A stretch of DNA of 64,000 nt from Phoronis australis (taxonomy: Eukaryota > Animalia > Phoronida): assembly GCA_002633005.1 (NCBI GenBank), contig NMRA01000682.1, forward strand, positions 14,318-78,317, written 5' to 3'. Made by a program: the position numbers and the translations under genes. Shown piece by piece: positions 53,389 to 63,728 of this stretch (the first letter of the stretch is position 1; every line of letters begins with the position of its first letter). The notes beneath the pieces were generated by a model. That model was not told the DNA's origin and did not search any database. It saw only the letters and a list, made by a program, of their open reading frames with translations.

Positions 53389-56300
53389 NTGCAAACAATA
53401 ACTGCACGGATATCTTTTCCTCAGTTGTAAGAGCACTAGACCGGCGAACTATATACCTGCAGTTCAATTCCCAGTTCGGATTCTTGATTTTTCTGTGATT
53501 ATTTGATAGGCAAGAGAAGCGCTGCTATTTTTGATCAGCATATACACTGTACATATGTTTCATTGGGATCTGCGGATGTTTACGTGCCGACAATCACAAT
53601 GTATTTGAAATGGCCATCAGCACAAGTACTGAGAAAGTTTACCAGAATATAGAATCCCCCAAAATACTAATAATGCAGGTTACATTTCCACGAGTTACTT
53701 GTGACGTCGTCGGACGTTTGCAACCGGACAACTATCTCGCAGTGCAGTTGAGAAGCACCGCCGTCGACGAAACCTTCCTATTTTCGCATGGGATGTTTAA
53801 CGGCCATGGTACATGTACATGTACAGGATATCTCTTATTTGGGAAGAGGTGCATTTTTTGAATAGGGGAACCTGTGCATGGTGCATAACTGTGTTGGTAC
53901 ATATCCGTCAAAAGTGATTGATTCACGCCATTTCACCACTGACTCGTCTTTTCTGCACACGAGGCCGAAGGACTTATAAGCATTATCGTTGCAATACACA
54001 TGTACCTTGTTGCCGTGTGCTACGGCCTGTTGTTATATGACGTCATACTGTATGGATGCCAGTCACGGTAAGCCACGCTCAGTCATCCACAAGACATATT
54101 GGTGTTGAATAACCAGAAAAGTGTTATTTTATAATAAATCGACCTGAAATTTCAGTCTGTGAAATATACACGTTAAAGCACTGAACCATTCAATGATATC
54201 AAAAGTTTTTCGGAAACAATCAATCCGAGAATATAAAAAAATGAAACTATCCCTGAACCGATTCGTGCAACTGGGTGTCGTTTTAGCGCTGATGTATTTC
54301 TTAGTTTTCTGGGTCTTTTTTCGTGTCTTAGCTTCTGGACTGTAAATATAGTCGCAACATGCCCCCAGCATTGGAAAATAACGATGAAAACTATGTGGAT
54401 TTGCAGAACTTGAGATAAGGACTGTATCGCAAAAAGCAAATTTTACGCTACGGCCGTCAGCGGTGGAGTACTTAGAACGTTATTATGTCACAATTTCCTG
54501 CAAGGAATGTAGATATGCTGTAAGCATCCACAACGAAACGCTTTTGTCGAGTTAGATTTTAGGCTGATTTTGCTTGCTGTGCACGCATAGCTTCAACTAT
54601 TTAAAATGACCCGCATTGAAACTTTAGCGAGTTCGAAAAATAGCCGCCTGGTCACCGTGCGTCGGAATTTCCATCGGTATTTTTTCTGTTTTTAAAGCAT
54701 TAAAACTGGTTTTTCAGGAACGACGCCTTGGGTTGATGATATAGGTAACCCAAATGAACGAGCTCAATCAAATTTGGCGTTGCACAGGCAAAATTAGTCG
54801 ACATGAAGATTGCTAACCAACTATGAAATACGGCCTCTACCGTGGTATACGCATTGGCTCCACTTTCCCGAAATTCATAGTTGATAATGTGACCTACCCA
54901 GCATCCGTATTTTCACATATATAGCAAAAGGAAGGGTATACAACAGAGGCATTTTGCATCCAGTCGCCTGATTGTTTAGTCAGTAGACTGATTGTCATAC
55001 ACGATTTCGCATAACATTGCTACTATGCATTGCGGGAGCACTTTTGGATCACCGCTGTGCTTATAAATTTTTACGCACCATACGGTTCACCTATACAATT
55101 TTACAAGGCCTCTTTCCAAATTACACTGTTAACGTTTCACGGGCAGTACAAGAGTTGGAAAACCGACCCCTTACGGTGGCGGATTTAAAGGGGGAGGGGG
55201 CAATGGACCCCCTAAAACTCTTCCAGATTCCATTTCACAATTAGGGGGTGCGAATGTCTGACGGGTAAAATCCTGGATAATACTTTGCCCTGGCCCAACC
55301 TAACTAAAAATCCTGGATCCGCCCCTGCCTTAAAACAAATAAAAGTTAGACAAGTATAAGTCGTGCTCAAACTCAAAGGACAGCTTCGCATTCTACGATT
55401 CGGGAGCTCGAAAAATCGTGTCGGAGTAAACTGTAGCCGTTTTAAGATTAGTAGAGTCGATAACTGCTCAGAAGATAACATGTAATTACTAACGTCGCCG
55501 TAACGATACTGCTTGCGGTCCCTGTGAGTTCCGGTTCTCCTGCGGAATTATAAACACACGTATAGCTGTGCTCTGAGTCGGGGCTCCCAGAGTTTGCACC
55601 GTTAGATAAAACTGTAGCATAAATTACGATATCCACGTTGCCTCCTCCACTTGGTACCTGAAAATATAGTCAGAGTATGATACTCAGGGTTACTCAAGAT
55701 TTTCTCATTTTTGACATGCAGTTACTGAGACGTTAGAACAGGATTACCGTTCCACTGCACGACTTTGCAATATTAACTCACAGGACAAGTGAACTGCAAG
55801 TCTTTGCTGGTAGTAATTGCAACATACAGTAGATACGATTCATCCGTCTAGAATAGAAAAATTCCACGATATTTGTTGGGATCACTGACTGTGGATATAA
55901 ATGTACTGGGACAAAGTTAATGGCCCGGATGTAGCAATAATATGTTCCTACTCTAAAATTGGCAAATTTCCATGAAACGTGGCGTGGCATGCTATGTAGA
56001 CGCAATTAGGACATACACTGCGACTATAGGACAAAACCTTTGCAAGGCGTTATCGAATGAATAAAGGTTGAAAGTTGTTGAAGGTGATTTCACAATTGCA
56101 TTCGAAGAATCTGGCATATCAAACAGGCACTGCTCACCATGTACTCGTTCCCTCCATGTTTCCATCCATCCATGTTTCACTTCCCTCCATGTTTCACTCC
56201 CCTCCATCTTTCACTCCCCTCCATGTTTCACTCCCCTCCATGTTTCACTCCCCTCCATGTTTCACCCCCCTCCATGTTTCACTCCCCTCCATGTTTCTCC

Positions 56301-59300
56301 AACTTCCATGTTTCATTATCCTCTATGATTCACTCCCCTCCATGTTTCACTCCCCTCCTTGTTTCACCCACCTCCATGTTTCACTACTCTCCATGTTTAT
56401 GTGAGTGCTCGTCTAGCGTAATGTTGCTTACCAACAAAGCTGATGCACGAGGCATAAAATTATCTCGTAGTACCCATCAGTAGTTACCACCCAGAAAGGT
56501 GAGCCAAATCCAACTATTTTGTTTGTTGAATGATTAATTAAGGTTAACCTTTAATTCCATGTTGAAACCAAAGTTCAACCTGATCATCATTTATGAGCCC
56601 CTCATCACCCAAGTATATGTAACTATCCAGAGAGTGTGCTAGCTAATTCACAATGCCTTATCCATGAAAAATCACACTCACGCACGCACTCAAACAAACA
56701 GATAACAATACAAAGCCTAAGTGAAAGTTAATTTTTTAATATAATGTGCCACTGTTAGTTCGGCATTGTTTTGGGCAAAGATTGCTGATAAATAGAAAAA
56801 CAAGAATAAACATCCGCTATATTGTTAGCTGTTTTCAAACTTTTTCCACCAGCTACTACCTGAATCACCAACTTGAATAAGCTGTAGTTGTGCTTGATCA
56901 AATATTCGAAGATGTCCACGGTAAGTGTGAACTTGTGGGACTCGAACTTGGTTGTGGCAGTCTAACATAATCTCCTTCCGTCCACTCAGGCTACAGTATG
57001 AGCAGTTGCAATAGCTGATATCAAGAAGAGATAACCAGGAAGGGACAACTGTTTTAGCGCATTTTAACGGATATTCAAAAGTGATTTCAAAAGTAAATGT
57101 TAAAGTCGTCTGGAATCCAAGCATTGTGTTTGAAAGCTTATTCCTTTAGCTATAAGATGACACCACTTTGGTCCTCAAAGACTGCATATTAATGGCACTA
57201 GGGTGCTTTGAACATGACTTGTTTTACCCTTAAAAAGATCCCTCTTTCCAGGCATGTACTCGGGCATGATCCTCTTTTTTGAACCAACAGATGTCACTTA
57301 TATATGCAAATGAGGCTCGCATCCCACGTCATATGACGTCATACGACGTCATATGACGCGAACTTCCAATTTGAACCCTCCGGTGCCTATATAGCGAATG
57401 ACTTGAAACGCAGGTCTACCTGATTAGGCAGATCTAAGAAAATTACAGTAAGAACTCACACAAGTCAATGTTCAAAGAACATTGAATGGTTTCACATGAA
57501 AATACATTTAATTGTATTTGGATACGCTTGCATATGTGTAAGCGTAGACTTAGCCATTTTGCTTAAATCCAGATTTAGAAGCAGGTGTTAGTCAAGGCTG
57601 CTCCCGCCGGGTGGCAGGTGTCGTGGCGTCCGAGTAGCCGGGAAGTCCGATCCATGCATGCGCAATTCGACGAACTAATGCTAGTCGCTGGTCAGCTAAG
57701 CTATGATTCATGCGCAATTCGAAGAACTAATGCTAGTCGCTGGTCAGCTCCGCTATGATTCATCTGAGACGTGCGGTCTAACTCGAACCTATACCCGTGT
57801 TCTGGCTCCAAGGTTGTTTTGTTTGACCCAGTTTCGGGAAAAGTTTATTTTACTACAGTCATTTCCTGAAGATTTTTTTGAAAGCTATGATCCCGAAATC
57901 CTTGGCCTATAGAGCTGTATCAAAATTCATTGTTGAAACACAGCCGCACTGGTCCAGCTTCTGCCGCCGGCGGCTGGGGAAAATGCCATGGAACGCGTGT
58001 CCCAAAAATGCACACACTTCAACTCCTGCAGTTCAAGTTCTTTTTCCGTCAATCACTGTGCGCGTATCCTACGCGGGCAGCCAACACCTTATTTTTAACG
58101 TGGGTGCGTCACTGAGTCACGACGTGTCCAGCCTTTGCAGTATGCACGGGAATGTCAAGCAAACGATTCGGTTTAGAAGAACCTAAATTCATTGCACAAT
58201 ACTACTGGGAACTACAAGCATCAAGGAAATGCAAAGACAATCTTTCCAAATTTACGAGCAATGACTTGAATTTCTTTTTCGATCCGATCTACGGTTTGTA
58301 ATTTTTTTAATTTCTTTAGTCTAGTTTTTTTAAAATTCAATACATTCATGAATATCACTGTTATCGTTTAGAGTCCTTCTTTGCGATATGGTGGTCTGAT
58401 GATGGTTCGAATTTTTACAAGCCCGTCCTTCAGCCTTCAACTAAGTTCAGTGACGCATCGTCATTTCTTACAAGACAGCTCCTGTGCTGTGCACGAATGT
58501 TTTGTGTTTTTGATGAATTTGAAATCTCAACTTCCCCTCGTGAGTAGTTGGCAGTGTCATGTCGGAGGTGTATAGAGGGCGCAGCACTAAAAAAGTGGGG
58601 CTAAAGCCCCCTCAGCCCCCTGCAGTGCACCGCCTATGGACCATTGAAAAACTTGAACTGAATAAAAGAAGAATGCCACCCGATTTAATTAGTCTTTTTT
58701 GCCTTATTAATTGGACTATATCCACATCGCCTCGCACGCGGTCGACTTTATCTTGCCAAGAGGTGTCTCGTTAACCTGTGAGGAAGGTGAGGAACGACGC
58801 TAGCGACGTCAGTGATTCATCTGCACCAAATGAGAGTGAATGCAGCTATGGTGCGGTGCATCGTTCCCGCTTGTGCGAGCTATGCAGCTGCGAGGAAAGC
58901 GGGAATATCGTTTTTTCGACTTCCTGGAGAGTCCGAAATGTTTAGGAAGTGGATCGCAGTAGTGAAGAATGAAAAGTACGCTGTAAATAGCAAGTAAGAG
59001 GCCGTGTAACATCTCCTTGTCTGTGGCCTGCAGTGGTCGACAGCCGCGTGAGTGCCTGACGAATCCCAGCTTGCCAAGTAACTATCCCTACGTTCCCGGC
59101 GTTGTCTGAGCTTGTTCACGGCGCTTCTTTAGTATTTCTTCATCACTGTATTCCTGTTCGAACAGATAGCCTGTGAAACCTAACGATCCACCTGCGAAGT
59201 CTTCGTCGGGACTGATGAGCTCTCGTCTAAGTCGCGGGTTATTGCGAGTTGCCATGTTGACGTTTAATACTGAGCGTTCTGTTTCAAAATGAATTATTCT

Positions 59301-62300
59301 CACCCTAACCAATACTTATATAAAACTGAAACAAAGTCTGTCTCGTTAGATGCAATTTGTAATGCCTTTGGAGTGTTCCTGAGTGCAAACATGATTTGAG
59401 AAGCCAGCAATGAATAAATCCCTGCGTTACCGGCTTTCAGTGCAATAAAACTAATTGACGGGACACCGAGGCCGTGTGAGCTCATGCTAATTTAGTACTA
59501 GATGGCAGAAACTGTTGTGAAACAACTAGATTTCCATCCCACGGCCAGGTGTTAGGGGAACCTTTATTTATATTAACATTATTCAAATAATGATTGTCAA
59601 TGTACAGCTTCTGCCCTGACAATGCGCGCACCCAGGGGCGCTCAGGGGCTCGAACGAGCTAGGGCAAAGTGGCGAAGTGGACAAAAAGGTCCGCCTCTGG
59701 GAAACAAAAAGTCCGAGAAAATGAGACTAAAGTCCTCTAAATAAGCACAATCGCGCAGTTCACAGTGGTGCCTCGTTTTTTTAGCTCACCCGCTTTTTTG
59801 TTACCAAAAGGTCCACAACGTCAGAAATTCGAGCCCCCATATTGAAGGCTGGGTGTGCGCATACTGACGGTGCTGTGGACAAAGCGGAATCTGAATTCGC
59901 GGCCCCGACGAGTAAGTAGATTTGCAGTTTCGTGGCTAATTCACGAACATAATCACGTGCACACTAATTTGGCTCACTAGTATAGTATTTTACTGACTAG
60001 AAGTTTAGTTTCCAACTTTGGCTGGTTTATGTTCGTGATGTCTGATCATTTTCCGAGACACTGGTCGGGATAACGAGTCAATCCGGCCGGCCGCGACGGG
60101 CCTGACCGGGCTTCGTGCCACTGGCCAGGATAACGAGCGTTTTGCGTGTTTAGAACTCAAAAAATCACAATTCTAAACAGCACAGACTAGGTTCTCCTGT
60201 CTGTATCTCACGGAAAAATACTTCAAATTTATCTCCGAAAAGACCCCAAACTCCTGCTACGGACCTTATTGGAATGCCGAGCCGTTGTAGGCTACGGCCG
60301 TGTCCAAATACCAATAAATCCGTAAGAGCGAAATAAAACAACACGTTTTTATACGAACTCGGTGTATTACATCGAAGTTTGATGATTTATTGGTGTAAAA
60401 CGATGAATTCAAGCGATAAGCTGACACCAGTAACCCGTGTTGCGAACTGCTGAACAGACTGCGTGTGAAACCAGTTACGTCATTGGATAATTTCAAAACC
60501 TCAACCTGCCGTCAGGTGTCAGGTAACGCAACCGCGCGTGCCGTTATGGAGTAGAACTACTCGATCTAAATTGATAAAAATTAGGTTGTTTTTGGGTGGC
60601 ATGCTCCTTTAATACGCTCCGCAAAATTTTTGCTGTACAAATTTTCTCGAATTTTCGAAATACATTTATGAATGTTCAAGTGCACATTTTCAAGAGCGCT
60701 TAGACGACCTATGCTGCGAAAACGGAGACCCTAACAACAATTCTTCTGGTCAGGGCCCTCAAATGGTAAACCATACACTGATACAGAGTTTTCAAAGTTC
60801 TCTTGAGTTTTCTCTCTGATCAGTATTCGAAGTTTTTCCTTTTTGTCTTTCCCCTTCCCACACCTTCGTCGGTTGCCATGGTTTAACCCTGAGGCATGCA
60901 ATTTTTTGGGGTGGCACTCGCCCTCCCCCCGCTTACTAAAGTCCTGATGCAAGGAGTCCATCGTTGGTCCAAGGTCAATGTTGCGTTTCAACACGCACTC
61001 GTTCTATAGCTTGAGCATTAAATTAAAGGTTTAAGAAATACAGGAGCAGTTTTGCGCATTTAATTGTGCGTGTAAAAGGTTTTATGGATTCGTACCGAAT
61101 TTGTTGCTGCAACTTGTCTCATGGGCCTGTACCCGGCGCGTGATCACAAATGTGGACACTAATTCGGCTATTGCGCAAGTCGACTGTAGCATGGTGGCCA
61201 TTGAAAATGTAAGGCAGCAGGCCAGTGGGCGTGTGTGCTTTCTAGTCTCTTATTATGAAAACCATTGAAGCCAATTATCAGCACCTGCAAACAAGAATTT
61301 TGAAGTATGGAGAATTTCAACAGGAGTTTGCTGTAGACTTAGTCGCGAAGCTGCTGACATTGCAGCCACGGTTACTGCCGGTCCTTCGAAGCAATGATAG
61401 CACATATATACCATTTTTTAAGAATGGCAAGGGTGCGTTTTGTGTTGACGGAAATGTCCATGGCGTCGAGGAATCTGAGGCATTTAATGATGAACAACTG
61501 TTGTGGCTTAATTTGAAAAACACTTAGCAAAACTAACTTCCAAGTATGCATACTGTGGCGGAATTAAGAAATACGGCTATGGCAGTGCTAACTGTAGCAG
61601 AGCCACAAAGTGTGCTAAAATGGTAGGAAATTTCTGTAGCAAATAAAGGGTTGATTGGCGCAGAAGGCAGAGGTCTTCAATGGTCAGAAACATTTCGGCA
61701 GGCAAGAGACTTGCCAAGAAAATGGCACAGTTGAGTCCGGACATTCTAAAGGAAAGAACAGCAGCCAATCCCAGTTACTCGGTGCAACTTCTCTCACCCG
61801 ACGGCGTTGTTTCGCGATACCACAACCTCAAACAACGTCATAGAAACGCAACGCGGAGGGTGAGATATTTCAGAGTATTAATATTTATTCTTGGATACAG
61901 GTGTCCACCTCAAAATGAATAACCCACGGTCATTCTTTATGCCGATAGCAGTGTTTTCGCCACCTGAAGAAGAACAGGAATCATAGACATCCCGCGCGCT
62001 CCGTCTATGGTTCTGTCACTTCAAACTTTCAACACGATAGGTAGCCGCAGAAAATTCGATGTCGACCTCATATTCTAATCTTCTCTGCAATCCACAGTCT
62101 GGGGACGAAAACAATTCAAATCCGCTCCTCGAAATAAGGCTTGCTTAGCGGGAGTTCAGAACTGCGGTCATGAGAGTGTTTTCACCTCCTGATTGAGAAG
62201 CGATCGAGTTAGCTGTGGTATCTTCATCAGCGCGTGCTCTCAGCGGGAGGTCACCGCTTTATGCACTCAAGCGCTCGACAACAACTAAACTGAAGAGAGT

Positions 62301-63728
62301 CTCAGAACTCCCACATGCAAATTTGATATTCAAATGAGGCAGTACTTGACTACTGCGCCATCTGCATGTATACATCGACGGAAAAGCTTAAATACCCGTG
62401 ACTGCGTGTGGGAAATTGGGATTGCGTGCGCTGAAGTCGATATTTTCAAAGTACAATTACACCACTGTTTAAGGTTGAAAAGTGAGTTTTTTGATATCCT
62501 TCTATAGAAAAAGCTTTAATCTCTCTGTTAAAGTCGTCGGTTTCTTTTTAAACGAAACTTAAGTATTGAAATTAGTACGGGGAAGGAGGCCAAAAAAACG
62601 GCGGTTTAGCTAGTTGTCCCTTCCTGGTTGTCTCTTCCTGCTGATATTCAAAAAAGCCGCGTCATATTAGAATTCACTATCCTGCCAGATGGTGATCACG
62701 TCTTTGGTGGCCATGCGCTCAGTGCTACCTACACATCGCTTGTAATGTAGACGGAAGGTTTCAACCCGGTGATTTACATGTAAATAGCGTTTAGCACCTT
62801 TTCTGCAATCATAATGCCGACATATCTTCGTTGATGTGTGGTGGAACTTACGGAACAGGCAAACCTCTTAAAACATCCAAGAATAAAGGAAATCACGTTC
62901 CATATATTTTTCATTGCGAAGAAGAAACCGCCGCTGCTCAGTCGGTGGCTGCGACTAATAAAGAGGGATAATTGCGATCCCAGCCGATGCCAAAAAGCTT
63001 AAACAAATTATTGAACTTCACCTAATCTAACAATAGGAGGGGTCGACAATGGTGTTTGATCTTCTGTTGACTTTATCCACTAGTCAACAAATGGTTCATT
63101 TTTGCAAACAGCTCTCGATGTTTTTTCTTCGCCACCCAGTACACTGTGATACTCTTCCTTCCGCACACAGTACACTCTGATTCTCTTCCTCCCCCACACA
63201 GTACACTCTGATACTCTCCCTTCCCCACACAATACACTCTGATTCTCTTCCTCCCCCACACAGTACACTCTGATTCGATTCCTTCCCCACACAGTACACT
63301 CTGATACTCTTCATCCGCCATTAATGTTCTCTTACTGATGCAAGCTATTTGACTTTAGCTTCTTCATTCTGCTTTCTATTTTCATTTTCAACAGAAGTTC
63401 CTCCATGTTAACGGTTCTGAAACTGTTTTTATATTTTTTTTTTGTAATCTTCCAAACCTTTCCTCCGATTTTTGAGGATACGTTATTACTACTTGCACAG
63501 GCTTTGGAGATAGGCCGTTCAGTTGGACGTGGAGGTACCACCACAACAGGGGATGTCACCCAGTCAAAATGCTGACACAGGCTGTGTACATGGAGTAGAT
63601 TCTGGATTCTTGTAAATATCTTCGCCCTATTAGTCACCAAGAGCATGTAAACTAGTCGCCCACCACAGTCGTTCACACTGTAGCAACTTACCAGCTTCCA
63701 ACAACGTCTACAACAGCTTCAATTGAAG
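24718..63728 (-). CDS. Multi-exon divergent ZP-module (zona pellucida) type I membrane protein gene; 5' end outside the window
   Basis: Phase-compatible AG/GT exons 63692-63728, 63482-63581, 55782-55847, 55494-55657, 51196-51341, 42118-42205, 38728-38923, 31884-31971 and 24718-24914 join into one stop-free frame. It shows ZP-N/ZP-C-like spacing, a furin site (RRRR), a hydrophobic patch, a TM helix and an NPVY tail. The two 5'-most exons are less certain. Confidence 0.8.
27297..27650. mobile_element. 354-bp palindromic MITE with CAC termini and 5-bp TSD (Transib-like signature)
   Basis: TGTAG|CACGGGTGAGAAACAACATGAC...GTCATGTTGTTTCTCACCCGTG|TGTAG; arms of about 155 bp. Confidence 0.85.
29337..29835. 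mobile_element. MITE of about 500 bp with AGGGCC ends
   Basis: AT|AGGGCCCTTTCACATTGAC...GTTAGTATGAGAGGCCCT|AT; internal GCGAAGTTAACTGG appears twice. Confidence 0.6.
31148..31232 (+). repeat. (GGGA)n(GA)n microsatellite, continuing 25070-25106
   Basis: Read directly; split by the foldback element. Confidence 0.95.
31884..31971 (-). CDS. ZP gene exon (last ZP Cys, furin site, external hydrophobic patch)
   Basis: catattttag acceptor, gtaagt donor; 88 bp, phase 0 to 1; NCTPLRRRRDAHRTKVIFAYANSTLSVKD. Confidence 0.88.
33530..35121 (+). mobile_element. Non-autonomous Kolobok-like element, family A copy 3 (left end truncated)
   Basis: THAP: CIVPAC...FFRLL...RKWLAVVK...HLRVCGRHFVDSDY. Ends GGGTGGCATTCTCCT|TTAA. 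Colinear with 58785-60608. Confidence 0.87.
36195..36325 (+). repeat. 43-bp tandem repeat, 3 copies
   Basis: GAGAATACCCGTGCCTAACG starts at 36197, 36240 and 36283. Confidence 0.9.
36889..36953. repeat. (TA)n microsatellite
   Basis: Read directly. Confidence 0.97.
37190..37430 (+). pseudogene. Kolobok transposase fragment (CxxGH...W.S zinc-finger region)
   Basis: KKCLKGHHSIWTS is followed, after a frameshift, by DILLSGGKHLAIFLM, resembling the Kolobok CxxGHxxxWxS...ILLSG motif (recalled). Confidence 0.55.
38728..38923 (-). CDS. ZP gene exon (ZP-C distal half)
   Basis: ttgtttctcag acceptor, gtatgg donor; 196 bp, phase 2 to 0; CTTGLERS...MFSPPASATLTVEVEVAICVTTDDVTCKPT. Confidence 0.85.
40392..41180 (+). 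mobile_element. Solo LTR of the same Gypsy family with intact 5-bp TSD
   Basis: CTCGT|TGTCAGAATA...AACGTGACA|CTCGT. Reverse-complement homologue of 16333-17073; TATAAA at about 40727 and AATAAA at about 41074. Confidence 0.93.
42118..42205 (-). CDS. ZP gene exon (ZP-C proximal)
   Basis: cttctcttgatcttgtag acceptor, gtaaga donor; 88 bp, phase 1 to 2; (D)NGLYDGLAIITKATYKSDNGLSIKVIDG(R). Confidence 0.85.
42802..44209. mobile_element. 1.4-kb non-autonomous TIR element with AT TSD (second copy of the 4030 family)
   Basis: AT|AGACTCTATTCACGCG...GGCGTGAATAGGGTCT|AT. Confidence 0.85.
44824..44968. mobile_element. Short MITE; a related inverted copy lies at about 52126-52260
   Basis: CCAGG..GTTCAGTAACGCTGGGACCT...AGGTCCTAGCGTTACTGAAC..CCTGG. 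Confidence 0.65.
45058..46192. mobile_element. 1.1-kb TIR element with subterminal ACCAGGT/ACCTGGT repeats
   Basis: 23-bp TIR CAGCCGATTTCATAAAGGTGGTT / AACCACCTTTATGAAATCGGCTG; AAA on both flanks. Confidence 0.8.
46195..47280 (-). mobile_element. LINE ORF2 fragment (AP endonuclease C-terminus and linker)
   Basis: GRFAGD...FTC...GVVDYVILS...SDH endonuclease motifs; LDHDFSESEIFVALRDLPNGKAS just ahead of RT. Confidence 0.85.
47329..48600 (+). mobile_element. LINE 5' portion: ORF1 (L1-type RRM/CTD) and endonuclease N-terminus
   Basis: ORF1 NRSRSDNVVFHGFEE...RIGRR...IAKF...ISEDFSMKVRKARREL; then VWNVHGL, VGVVETW, GR.SGGVCVFV and NARIG with frameshifts. Confidence 0.87.
49869..50831 (+). mobile_element. 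Non-autonomous Kolobok-like element, family B
   Basis: Starts TTAA|AG. THAP: CVSGGFSN...PKD.KVAQKWHRFV.RTR...LCPAHFEDSCF. Convergent acidic stub on the minus strand (MAESREFERDDDYEQE...PY(F)EP-like). Right end approximate. Confidence 0.72.
51196..51341 (-). CDS. ZP gene exon (linker, internal hydrophobic patch, ZP-C start)
   Basis: ctcaactccag acceptor, gtaagt donor; 146 bp, phase 2 to 1; EAVTAVSPVQVTPTLRLEIVDSSSNAIYTAENPAAAGTQVLFRVTVSD. Confidence 0.83.
53243..53485 (+). mobile_element. Two tRNA-derived SINE-like heads separated by (CA)n
   Basis: A box TAGCTTAGTGG and B box GGTTCGATTCC at 53250-53297; decayed second copy at about 53418-53480; no complete cloverleaf. Confidence 0.6.
53341..53388 (+). 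repeat. (CA)n microsatellite
   Basis: Read directly. Confidence 0.97.
55494..55657 (-). CDS. ZP gene exon (ZP-N distal half)
   Basis: tatattttcag acceptor, gttagt donor; 164 bp, phase 0 to 2; VPSGGGNVDIVIYATVLSNGANSGSPDSEHSYTCVYNSAGEPELTGTASSIVTA(T). Confidence 0.83.
55782..55847 (-). CDS. ZP gene exon (ZP-N middle)
   Basis: tttttctattctag acceptor, gtgagt donor; 66 bp, phase 0 to 0; TDESYLLYVAITTSKDLQFTCP. Confidence 0.78.
56148..56398 (+). repeat. 17-bp minisatellite TCACTCCCCTCCATGTT
   Basis: Repeated units read directly; explains the overlapping low-complexity ORFs here. Confidence 0.95.
57657..57750 (+). repeat. Tandem duplication of about 52 bp
   Basis: CATGCGCAATTCGA(C/A)GAACTAATGCTAGTCGCTGGTCAGCT occurs twice. 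Confidence 0.85.
58667..60608 (+). mobile_element. Full-length non-autonomous Kolobok-like element, family A copy 4
   Basis: TAAA|AGAAGAATGCCACCC...GGGTGGCATGCTCCT|TTAA. THAP MVRCIVPAC...GISFFRLP...RKWIAVVK on the plus strand; MATRNNP...GYLFEQEYSDEEIL on the minus strand. Confidence 0.9.
59621..59863. mobile_element. Small ATGCGCGCACCCAG-ended MITE inserted in the Kolobok copy
   Basis: Absent from copy 3 at the same position and flanked by CTGAC on both sides. Related ends at about 3400-3612, 26630-26767 and 36548-36698. Confidence 0.7.
63135..63312 (+). repeat. 31-bp minisatellite CACACAGTACACTCTGATTCTCTTCCTCCCC
   Basis: About 6 degenerate units read directly. Confidence 0.92.
63482..63581 (-). 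CDS. Candidate ZP gene exon (ZP-N proximal)
   Basis: 100 bp, phase 2 to 0, compatible with both neighbours; (C)LCQHFDWVTSPVVVVPPRPTERPISKACASSNN. The donor gtatcc is weak. Confidence 0.4.
63692..63728 (-). CDS. Candidate ZP gene micro-exon following the signal-peptide exon
   Basis: ctttttccaaaatgtag acceptor, gtaagt donor; 37 bp, phase 1 to 2; SIEAVVDVVGS(C). Confidence 0.5.

Noticed and set aside
56068-56483. Pro/His/Ser-rich ORFs
   Set aside because: Translations of the 17-bp minisatellite.
56858-57016. Additional ZP exon
   Set aside because: In-frame stops in the phase-compatible frame, and the sequence resembles a repeat at about 62610-62760.
58812-58997. Functional host THAP gene
   Set aside because: Lies within a multicopy TIR element and stops before the final C/H ligands.
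63073-63321. Repetitive Cys/Gly ORFs
   Set aside because: Translations of the 31-bp minisatellite.
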